Source of the DNA: Alphaproteobacteria bacterium
GTDB lineage: Bacteria > Pseudomonadota > Alphaproteobacteria > UBA1280 > UBA6503
Direction: 5' to 3'
DNA: 32,000 nucleotides
Assembly (NCBI GenBank): GCA_021774615.1
Contig: JAJFIW010000030.1
Location: 39,148-71,147 of the forward strand
Shown: positions 24,800 to 32,000 of the stretch, piece after piece
How the letters are laid out: each line of letters opens with the position of its first letter
Numbering within the stretch: the first letter of the stretch is position 1
Notes under the pieces: generated by a model
The model's database searches: none
The model's input: the letters and a program-made list of their open reading frames with translations, nothing else
What the model was told of the DNA's origin: nothing
Made by a program: the position numbers and the translations under genes

Positions 24800-25821
24800 G
24801 CACTTTCCTCCCATGGTAGCGTTGGTCTTATTAGTAACCTCCGACTAAGGCTCTGAGCGTCTAACTGTAGCAAGTCTTGTGGTACTCGCTGACCGTCGGT
24901 GGCAAAACACAATGGTAGATTATTCTCAATAGCAGTATTTATCATACCACCTAAAAAGATAGTTTCATCCATTTTACTGAAAATAATATTCTGTGGGTTT
25001 AATGGCGCAAAAGCTTTTGGTAGTGTCATCATCTCGAAGCTGTTTAGGTTGCAAGGGACAACAATAGCAGTTGTTACGTCAAGCCCTTCAAGTTGGCTTG
25101 CTATATCTGCAATACGGCTGCTCTCGTAAGGGTTTATTCCTGCGCTGTCTACTAGTACAAGGTCGTAGTCTGTAGTATCTTTTATAGTGTCAGCTAAGGT
25201 TTGCCCTGCACGGATAATATGGAGGCTTTCTTTTAAAGCATCGGCATAAATGTCTAATTGTTCGACTCCACCTATTTTATAGGTGTCCATAGTTACAAGT
25301 GCTACTTTGTGGCCGTGCATGCGTTCGTTTACGGCTATTTTAGCGAGAGTAGTTGTTTTCCCCGCACCTGTTGAGCCTATTAGAATTAATGGTTTTTTTG
25401 TTTCAAGGACTGTATCAGGTGACGTAAAACGAATTATCTTAGACAACACCATCTCCAGACCATCTTCTTCGGTAAAGCCTGTATCCATAAGGGCGTGGAC
25501 AGCTTTTGCAATACGTTGGGAGATATGCGGTAGCACACCATGCTCGATTAGGCGGGTGCTCATATCATCTAGTTCGGCTGGTTTGTTTATATCAGCTTCT
25601 TGTAGTGCAACGTCTACAGTTGTAGGTGCTGTGGTTATTGCTTCTTCTTGGCTAGGTGGTGGAGATATTTGTTCAATAGCAGCGGTAATCTCTAGCCCTT
25701 GCTTGCCGTCTTCTCCTGTTATTTTACGGGTCGATAAAATGACAGCATCTTGCCCCAAATCATTTTTGATAAGTTTAAGAGCTTCGGTCATGGTTGGTGC
25801 TGTAAAGCGTTTTAGTCTCAT
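24796..25821 (-). CDS. flhF: flagellar biosynthesis SRP-type GTPase FlhF
   Basis: The N-terminus MRLKRFTAPTMTEALKLIKNDLGQDAVILSTRKI is typical of FlhF. GTPase motifs are GSTGAGKTTT, DSAGINP and SKMDET. Confidence 0.9.
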   Translation of the reverse strand: MRLKRFTAPTMTEALKLIKNDLGQDAVILSTRKITGEDGKQGLEITAAIEQISPPPSQEEAITTAPTTVDVALQEADINKPAELDDMSTRLIEHGVLPHISQRIAKAVHALMDTGFTEEDGLEMVLSKIIRFTSPDTVLETKKPLILIGSTGAGKTTTLAKIAVNERMHGHKVALVTMDTYKIGGVEQLDIYADALKESLHIIRAGQTLADTIKDTTDYDLVLVDSAGINPYESSRIADIASQLEGLDVTTAIVVPCNLNSFEMMTLPKAFAPLNPQNIIFSKMDETIFLGGMINTAIENNLPLCFATDGQRVPQDLLQLDAQSLSRRLLIRPTLPWEESA

Positions 25822-25825
25822 TCTA

Positions 25826-27898
25826 TTATACCGTTCCTACAGTTTTTATCTTAATTTTGGGGTGCAATTCTTGCTGGCTTAATACCGGAATTGTCGGCAT
25901 ACTACGTTCTAGCAATGAACGTACATAAGGTCTATTGCTAGGAGTTGTCAATAAAATAGGTTGCCCACCTCCAGCCATAGTTTTTTCAAATGTATCTTTA
26001 ACTGACTTTAAGAATGTTTGTACTTTGCTTGGTTCCATTGCTAATTGGCGGTCTTCCCCCTCCTGGATCAGAGCGTTAGAAATTTCTTTTTCCCAGCCAG
26101 TTGAAAGAGCAATTATTTGTACATAGCCATCAGTATTAATATGTGCAGCCGTAATTTGGCGGCTTAGGCGTGCTCGCACAAGCTCGGTTATGTATTGGAT
26201 ATTTTTAGTAAGGGTTACTGCGTCAGCAACCGACTCCATAATTGTTAATAAATCCCGTACTGATACCCTCTCTGAAAGTAGGTTTTGCAGGACTTTTTGC
26301 AATAAACCAACACTAACAGGCTCAGGCACAATAGTTCTAGCAATACCTCTTTGGTCTTCTGGCAGTTCTTCGGTAAGTTTTTGCACTTCTTGGCGAGTTA
26401 ATAACTCAGACAGGTTATCTTTAATTATTTCGGTAAGGTGTGTCACAATAACGGTAGAGTTGTCTACCACAGTGTAACCGTTAAAAGATGCTTCCTCACG
26501 GTGTTTTTCATCAATCCATCGGGCTGGTAAACCAAAGGTAGGCTCGATAGTTTCTTCGCCATCAATAGGTGGAGCATGGCCTGTTGCATCCATTGCTAGT
26601 AGCCAACCAGGGCGTAAATTGCCAGATGCTGCCTGCACGTCTTTAATAGAAATGCTATACCCACCAGACTCAAGCTGCATATTATCTTGGATACGAATAC
26701 TCGGCACCACAAAGCCAATTTCTTTAGCTAATTGGCGGCGCATTGCTTTTATTTGTTCGGTTAGCCTACCGCCTTTAGACTCGTCAATTAAACCTAATAA
26801 GCCATAACCAAGCTGTAGACGTAGGGTATCTATTTGTAGAATACTAGAAAGAGGCTCTTCTGTAGGTTTTGCAGCTTCTATTTTTTCTTCTTCTTCTATA
26901 ACTGCTGCGGCTTCTTGTTGTGAGACTGCAAGCGTTAGTAAATAGCCAGCCGCAGCAGATATAACTGCCAGTGTCCAAAATGGTAGCATCGGGATTCCTG
27001 GTAGTACCCCAAGCATAGCCATCATCCCTGAAAGCACAAAAAGGGCTTTCGGGTATTTAGCAAATTGTGTAAATAATAGCGCACCAGATGCTTGAGGGTG
27101 GCGTGCTTTTGAAACCAAGAAACCAGCTGACAATGAAATAATCAGCGCTGGCACCATTGCAACCAAACCGTCACCAACGGTTAAAATAATATAACGGTTA
27201 GAAGCCTCAGAAAAGCCCATATCATGAAGCATCATACCAGCTGTAACACCAGCAATAATGTTAATCCCAGTAATGATTAACCCTGCAATTGCATCTCCAC
27301 GTACAAACTTACTAGCACCATCCATAGCACCATAAAAGCTTGTTTCATATTCTAAGTCTTGGCGCCGAGTTCGGGCTTCGTCTTCGTTGATTGTGCCAGC
27401 GTTAAGGTCGGCATCAATCGCCATTTGTTTACCAGGTAATGAGTCCAAGCTAAACCTAGCAGCAACCTCAGCAATACGAGTCGCACCTTTGGTAATAACT
27501 ACAAAGTTAAAGACAAGATAGATGATGAAAATCATAATCCCAACCAAAAACTCGCCGCTCATAATAATCTGGCCGAAAGCCTCAATAATTTTACCAGCAG
27601 CAGCTGTACTATCATGTCCATCGGTTAAAATAAGCCGGGTAGAGGCTATGTTTAGTGCTAAACGGAGCAAGGTTGTTACTAGCAAAATTGTCGGGAAAGA
27701 ACTGAAATCCATAGCTCTTTCAGTCATCAATACATTTAGCATTACTAAAATAGCAATCGCAATACTAATGGTGAACATCACATCTAATATAGCTGCAGGT
27801 AGGGGGATGAACAATAAGGCAACAATAGTCATAACACCAAGCGGCAAAGCAAGCTCACTGCGCTTTATAAAAGATATTATGCTATCAAACTGTGACAA
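25826..27898 (-). CDS. flhA: flagellar type III export gate protein FlhA
   Basis: 690 aa. The FHIPEP region includes AEVAARFSLDSLPGKQMAIDADL and GAMDGASKFVRGDAIAG. TTG start with AAGGA upstream. Confidence 0.97.
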   Translation of the reverse strand: MSQFDSIISFIKRSELALPLGVMTIVALLFIPLPAAILDVMFTISIAIAILVMLNVLMTERAMDFSSFPTILLVTTLLRLALNIASTRLILTDGHDSTAAAGKIIEAFGQIIMSGEFLVGIMIFIIYLVFNFVVITKGATRIAEVAARFSLDSLPGKQMAIDADLNAGTINEDEARTRRQDLEYETSFYGAMDGASKFVRGDAIAGLIITGINIIAGVTAGMMLHDMGFSEASNRYIILTVGDGLVAMVPALIISLSAGFLVSKARHPQASGALLFTQFAKYPKALFVLSGMMAMLGVLPGIPMLPFWTLAVISAAAGYLLTLAVSQQEAAAVIEEEEKIEAAKPTEEPLSSILQIDTLRLQLGYGLLGLIDESKGGRLTEQIKAMRRQLAKEIGFVVPSIRIQDNMQLESGGYSISIKDVQAASGNLRPGWLLAMDATGHAPPIDGEETIEPTFGLPARWIDEKHREEASFNGYTVVDNSTVIVTHLTEIIKDNLSELLTRQEVQKLTEELPEDQRGIARTIVPEPVSVGLLQKVLQNLLSERVSVRDLLTIMESVADAVTLTKNIQYITELVRARLSRQITAAHINTDGYVQIIALSTGWEKEISNALIQEGEDRQLAMEPSKVQTFLKSVKDTFEKTMAGGGQPILLTTPSNRPYVRSLLERSMPTIPVLSQQELHPKIKIKTVGTV

Positions 27899-28029
27899 TT
27901 ATAGCCGTTCCTTTAAACATTTAACATTCCGCCTTCCAGTATACCTGTTATCTTGTAAATAGGGGAGGGGTTGTGTGGTTTTTGGGCAGGCAGGTGTTGC
28001 TTAAATAACAGAATTTAGTAAACAATTAA

Positions 28030-29427
28030 TTAACTAGAAACTGCCATTTTTTTGTTTTCATATTCTTGTAGCTTGTCACGTAGGGTTTTAATGGTAATGC
28101 CTAGCATATTTGCTGCGTGCGAGCGGTTGCCTCCGCAATAGTCTAGAGTGCTAAGGATAAGCTCTTTTTCAACCTCGTGCATTTGCCGACCAATCATACC
28201 GCCAGTTTGGGTAATATTACCTGTTTGGTAGCCACCTTGTGCGGCTGCATATGCATTGGTAGCACTGCCTGTTGGTGCTGCTGGTTGTGGTTCTTCCTTT
28301 GTTTCCACCATGTCGCGGCTCATTGCAGATATTTCTATATTATCAGCGCTAAGAGTATTGCCATTCATCAGTAAAATTGCCCGATGAATGGTGTTTTCTA
28401 GTTCACGCACATTACCTTTCCAGTAGCAACCAATAAGCTTTTCTTTTGCATCATCAGAAAGTGTAATACCACTCATCTCATATTGCCCAGAAAACTTCTC
28501 TATAAAGTGTTCCGCCAGAGAAAGTATATCGCTAGGGCGTTCTCGTAGTGGCGGTAACTCGATAGATGCAACATTAAGGCGGAAGTATAAATCTTCACGG
28601 AAATTCCCAGCGCGTACTTCATCTTCAAGGTTGCGGTTAGTTGTAGCAATTAGGCGAATGTCTATTGGTACAGGTTTTGTTGCACCAACAGGGTCTATAA
28701 CCCGCTCTTGGATGGCACGTAGCAATTTTGACTGTAGCGATATATCCATTTCTGAAATTTCATCAAGCAATAGTGTCCCACCATCAGCTTGCTGGAACTT
28801 ACCTAGTCGTTTAGCAACAGCACCAGAAAAAGCCCCTTTTTCATGCCCAAACAGCTCGCTTTCGAGTAAATTTTCGGGGATAGCTGCGCAGTTCACGCTA
28901 ATAAAAGGGTTGTTTTTACGAGGGCTATTATCGTGGATAAAGCGGCTTAATACTTCTTTACCTGTGCCAGACTCGCCACGTAGCAGAACAGTTGCATTTG
29001 ATGTTGCGAATTTACGAGCAAGCCCAAGCATTTTTTGGGTTTTATCATCAGCAGCAATTGGCCCACCTTCAGATTGCACAGAGCTTAATTCTGATAATAA
29101 TTCTGCTAATTGTTTTTCTTCAATTGGGGTAATAAGATATTCAATCGCACCAAGCCTAATAGCCGTAACTGCATTCTGGACATTGCTTGCATCACCAATA
29201 GCAACAACAGGGGTATTAAGGCGAGCCTCAGTATAAGCAGAGAAAAACTCAGGTAGATTAAGTGACGCGCTAATAAATGCCATTTCAATGCGCTCTTGGC
29301 ATAGCAATGTAATTGCAGCTGTCATATCTGTTTCTGTTAGCACTGTCATGTTATGGGCTTTGCCATACTTAACAATAGCGCTATCAGCACCAGATAAGTC
29401 ACCAATGAGAAGCAATCGAATGCTCAT
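28030..29427 (-). CDS. flbD: sigma-54-dependent transcriptional activator, FlbD/FleQ-like (degenerate receiver domain)
   Basis: AAA+ sigma-54 interaction domain with GESGTGKE, GAFSGA (the GAFTGA loop) and ELFGHEKGAF. C-terminal Fis-type HTH AANMLGITIKTLRDKL. The N-terminal receiver-like domain has FISASL where the phospho-acceptor Asp is expected. Confidence 0.85.
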   Translation of the reverse strand: MSIRLLLIGDLSGADSAIVKYGKAHNMTVLTETDMTAAITLLCQERIEMAFISASLNLPEFFSAYTEARLNTPVVAIGDASNVQNAVTAIRLGAIEYLITPIEEKQLAELLSELSSVQSEGGPIAADDKTQKMLGLARKFATSNATVLLRGESGTGKEVLSRFIHDNSPRKNNPFISVNCAAIPENLLESELFGHEKGAFSGAVAKRLGKFQQADGGTLLLDEISEMDISLQSKLLRAIQERVIDPVGATKPVPIDIRLIATTNRNLEDEVRAGNFREDLYFRLNVASIELPPLRERPSDILSLAEHFIEKFSGQYEMSGITLSDDAKEKLIGCYWKGNVRELENTIHRAILLMNGNTLSADNIEISAMSRDMVETKEEPQPAAPTGSATNAYAAAQGGYQTGNITQTGGMIGRQMHEVEKELILSTLDYCGGNRSHAANMLGITIKTLRDKLQEYENKKMAVSS

Positions 29428-29443
29428 ATTGCTCCTTTACTTT

Positions 29444-30214
29444 TTAAAAGACTTTTATGCGTTCGGTTGGTGGTAGTATAGCATTTAGCATAATCTCAAG
29501 TTGCCGAGGATTTTCTTGCTTAACAACTGACATTACAGATGTGGTATAAATACGGCGGAGTTGGATCTCACTAAGGCTATTTTTTTCTAATTTTGCAGCT
29601 AATGGTGTAAACACCATATTAGCTAAAATTGCACCATAAAGCGTAGTTAACAATGCCACTGCCATCGCCGGGCCAATAGCTGAAGGGTCTGCTAAGTTAC
29701 CAAGCATTTGTACCAAGCCTATTAATGTTCCAATAAGCCCCATAGCTGGTGCAAGCTCTGCGGAACGCCTTAAAATAGAGATTGTTTTATTGTGGCGGTC
29801 TATCATGCTAAGGGTGTCGTCTTCTAAAATTTTATTAATAGCTTCTGGGTTTACTCCATCAATAGCTAATAAAAAGCCTTGTCTAGCGAACCTATCTTTA
29901 AAAGCTTCAACTTCTTCTTGAATATTCAAGATGCCACTAACCCTGGATTTCTGGGATAATTCAACCATTTTTGTGGCTTCTGCAGATTTATTATGCAGCG
30001 GCTTATATACTAAAGCCCTAAAAATAACCCCTTGAGAGTTCATAACTTCTGCCATGTTAAAGCTTACTGTCGTAATAGCAAATGTACCACCCAACACAAT
30101 AAGCATTGACGGAGGGTTAAGAAACCCCATTACATTGCCACCCATGGCTATTGCCATGGCTACAAAACTAAAACCTATTAATAGTCCAAAAATAGTAGCT
30201 AAATCAAAACGCAC
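29444..30214 (-). CDS. motA: flagellar stator protein MotA/PomA family
   Basis: 256 aa with 4 TM helices and the MotA/ExbB channel region APAMGLIGTLIGLVQML..IGPAMAVALLTTLYG. No motB is adjacent. Confidence 0.85.
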   Translation of the reverse strand: MRFDLATIFGLLIGFSFVAMAIAMGGNVMGFLNPPSMLIVLGGTFAITTVSFNMAEVMNSQGVIFRALVYKPLHNKSAEATKMVELSQKSRVSGILNIQEEVEAFKDRFARQGFLLAIDGVNPEAINKILEDDTLSMIDRHNKTISILRRSAELAPAMGLIGTLIGLVQMLGNLADPSAIGPAMAVALLTTLYGAILANMVFTPLAAKLEKNSLSEIQLRRIYTTSVMSVVKQENPRQLEIMLNAILPPTERIKVF

Positions 30215-30238
30215 GCTATGGTTTTCCTTTTGTATTTA

Positions 30239-30619
30239 TTATTTACTTGATTTGACAATTTCAGTCATGGTCACACCAAGTTTGTCTTCATCAGCGATAA
30301 CAACTTCTCCACGTGCTACTAGTCTGTCATTAATATAAATGTCAATAGCTTCACCAATTTTGCGGTCAAGAACAACAACAGCACCACGGCCTAATTTTAA
30401 AAGCTGGTTGATTTCCATTTGTGTTTCGCCCAAAACTGCACTAACCCGAACAGGGATATCGTAAATAGCCTCTAGCCCAGCTTCATTTCTTTGTGATTGC
30501 TCTTGATCTTTATCCTCGGCAATACCTTCTATGTTTAGATCGTCAAGAGTCATGCCAGCTGGCGCTTCGGCTGGGGTTTCAGGAGTGTCCTCAGGAGGAG
30601 TTTGCGGTGTATCTGTCAT
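30239..30619 (-). CDS. fliN: flagellar motor switch protein FliN
   Basis: C-terminal SpoA domain IPVRVSAVLGETQMEINQLLKLGRGAVVVLDRKIGEAIDIYINDRLVARGEVV. Confidence 0.9.
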   Translation of the reverse strand: MTDTPQTPPEDTPETPAEAPAGMTLDDLNIEGIAEDKDQEQSQRNEAGLEAIYDIPVRVSAVLGETQMEINQLLKLGRGAVVVLDRKIGEAIDIYINDRLVARGEVVIADEDKLGVTMTEIVKSSK

Positions 30620-30711
30620 AATGTGCCCAACCTTATTTTTATTCTAAAAATTATACTTAATTGATTATACGATGATTTTGCCTATAGGTAAAAGATTTAA
30701 TATATAGCCAT

Positions 30712-31539
30712 TTATAACTTATCGTCAGTATCGGTATCGGTATCAGTTTCTACAGGTTCGTCTTTTTGTGTTGATTCACTAGGGGCCGCTTCTAGTTCGC
30801 TTATTTCTGTAGTATCATCCAATATTTCTTTTTCTGTGCTTTGTTCTCTTTGGGTATCATCAAGTACGGGTGTACCTGCAGCAGATACCGAATCCAGTAT
30901 ATTCTCGATTTTACTAGATAGTTCAGATGCTCTTATATCTATACCACCAGAGTCCCATTCTATAACACAGTCTCCTCCAGCAAGGTCTTCTCTGATTTCA
31001 ATATCATTAGCAGTTAATTTGTCTTTTGCTTCTGGTGCTTCTAAAATTGTTTTACATAGGTATTCGTATGTTTCGGCAGACGTAAAGATTTTTATTTTAT
31101 ACCCTTTTGCAATAGATGTATAAATTTGGCTAATGGCATTCTCTAGCAAATCTTGAGGGTAGTGTTTGCGTGCATGGCCAAGTAAAACAGGGGTTATTTC
31201 TTTAACAAGGTCAAATGCTTCGTGCATTAGCTGTTGAGCAACTTTTTGCTTTATAACTTGTGCATCTGATATATGTTTGAACAATTCTGATGTTTTATCA
31301 GTTAAAATATTCTTAAAATCTTCTGTTGCTTGCTTTTTACCTTCAGCAATGCCAGCAGCATACCCACGAGACTCTGCTTGGGCTAGGTCTTCTTCTGTAA
31401 TTGGAGGTATTTCTGCTGCAATTCGCTGTTCTTCTGCAATACGGCGTTCTTCTAGTTCTATTTCAAAGAAGTTTGTATCAAACAAGCAGCGTTCAAGAGA
31501 TTTCTCTTGTCTTTTTTCTATGATTTTCTTTTCGGTCAT
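30712..31539 (-). CDS. fliH: flagellar assembly protein FliH
   Basis: It lies between fliG and fliN. It has a charged helical N-half and a C-terminal ..GGDCVIEWDSGGIDIRASEL.. FliH-like segment. The acidic tail ends ETDTDTDTDDKL. Confidence 0.6.
   Translation of the reverse strand: MTEKKIIEKRQEKSLERCLFDTNFFEIELEERRIAEEQRIAAEIPPITEEDLAQAESRGYAAGIAEGKKQATEDFKNILTDKTSELFKHISDAQVIKQKVAQQLMHEAFDLVKEITPVLLGHARKHYPQDLLENAISQIYTSIAKGYKIKIFTSAETYEYLCKTILEAPEAKDKLTANDIEIREDLAGGDCVIEWDSGGIDIRASELSSKIENILDSVSAAGTPVLDDTQREQSTEKEILDDTTEISELEAAPSESTQKDEPVETDTDTDTDDKL
30728..30745. repeat. hexanucleotide tandem repeat (gtatcg x3) inside the fliH 3' end
   Basis: gtatcggtatcggtatca encodes the (TD)n tail on the minus strand. 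Confidence 0.8.
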
Positions 31540-31558
31540 TATGCCCTACTCTTATTTT

Positions 31559-32000
31559 TTAATAAACATAGTCATCACCGCTGTTTTCATCAGCAATAAT
31601 AATTTCACCTGCGTCATAAAGAGTTTTGGCAACTGTAACAATCTCTTGTTGGGCAATCTCAACGTCTTTAACGCGTATTGGCCCTACAGCTTCCATATCT
31701 TCTCGTAGAATTTTCGCTGCACGCTCAGACATATTAGATAAAACCTTCTCGCGTAGCTCATCGTTTGCACCTTTAAGAGCAATTGCAAGTTTATCTTTTT
31801 CAATGTCACGTAATAGAGTTTGGATACCTTTATCATCAGTTTTAAGTAGATCTTCAAAAGTAAACATTAATGCACGAATAAGTTCAGCATCTTCGCTGCG
31901 CCTAGATTCTAACATTTCCATAAATTTTGCTTCATGAGCACGGTCAAAATTATTGAATATTTCAGCCATCATCTCGTGGGTGTCTCGCTTATTGCGAGAT
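31559..32000 (-). CDS. fliG: flagellar motor switch protein FliG (C-terminal part; gene continues past the right edge)
   Basis: [77 protein letters not shown] is the canonical FliG C-domain. The frame remains open upstream of the track's Met out to position 32000. Confidence 0.93.
   Translation of the reverse strand, partial: SRNKRDTHEMMAEIFNNFDRAHEAKFMEMLESRRSEDAELIRALMFTFEDLLKTDDKGIQTLLRDIEKDKLAIALKGANDELREKVLSNMSERAAKILREDMEAVGPIRVKDVEIAQQEIVTVAKTLYDAGEIIIADENSGDDYVY

Noticed and set aside
25283-25882. 199-aa ORF antisense to flhF/flhA; similar cases at 28631..29236, 21951..22403, 22422..22742 and 27522..27962
   Set aside because: All lie opposite well-supported flagellar genes. They are Ser/Cys/Ile-rich mirror-frame translations with no independent signals.
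27899-28029. G-rich tract ggggaggggttgtgtggtttttgggcaggcagg in the flbD-flhA spacer, considered as a G-quadruplex or sigma-54 promoter
   Set aside because: There are only three runs of three or more G, so a canonical G4 is unsupported. No GG-N10-GC arrangement occurs on either strand in the correct orientation. It remains unexplained, and I have no evidence for function.
30620-30711. TTACCT-N16-TATAAT sigma-70-like promoter upstream of fliN (minus strand; -10 at 30664-30669)
   Set aside because: The spacer is so AT-rich that a second TATAAT occurs nearby. A chance match is likely, and there is no supporting conservation, so I did not list it as a feature.
1-32000. Search for CRISPR arrays, tRNA/rRNA/tmRNA/SRP RNA genes, IS elements, integrases and terminal inverted repeats flanking the inserted orphan genes
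   Set aside because: I found no spaced direct repeats. Intergenic regions hold no tRNA-like T-arm (GTTCGAATC-type) or other recognisable RNA signatures. No transposase or integrase motifs appear in any frame. The only repeats seen are those reported: the duplicated promoter segment, the inverted promoter core, the 19-mer terminator arm and the hexamer repeat.

Overview
This 32-kb window looks like an AT-rich, alphaproteobacterium-like chromosome. That is an inference from gene content and order: an F0-only atpI-atpB-atpE-atpF operon, a short FtsY without an A-domain, a DUF721-dsbA pair, and an FlbD/FleQ-type sigma-54 activator. All product calls rest on motif recognition in the supplied translations; no searches were run.

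The left ~16.5 kb is housekeeping. It holds divergent ftsY/ffh, rpsP-rimM-(orphan)-trmD, rplS, a LON-N-domain protein, a degenerate UDG-like protein, slt, rnhB, a DUF721/DciA-like gene, dsbA, atpI, atpB-atpE-atpF and rpmE.

The right ~15.5 kb is a polar-flagellum/chemotaxis cluster. It holds cheW, fliI-fliJ and a ~12-kb minus-strand gene string: fliG-fliH-fliN-motA-flbD-flhA-flhF-flhG-tag-fliK-like-cheR-(QueF-like).

I saw no rRNA, tRNA, CRISPR array, transposase, integrase or recognisable toxin/defence gene.

The unusual feature is that conserved operons are repeatedly interrupted by lineage-specific orphan genes, mostly small polytopic membrane proteins:
- a tandem triplet of paralogous ~120-aa 4-TM genes at 248-1426
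- a 208-aa acidic orphan exactly at the rimM|trmD junction
- a 4-TM gene antisense between trmD and rplS
- an antisense two-gene membrane module with duplicated promoters that splits atpI from atpB
- two membrane genes after fliJ

Other oddities are a Cys-less QueF-like T-fold protein translationally coupled to cheR, tag embedded by overlapping codons in the flagellar operon, and a repeat-built FliK-like protein.

I do not see a convincing, complete novel system. The best candidates for follow-up are the atpI/atpB-splitting membrane module and the small-TM paralog family.
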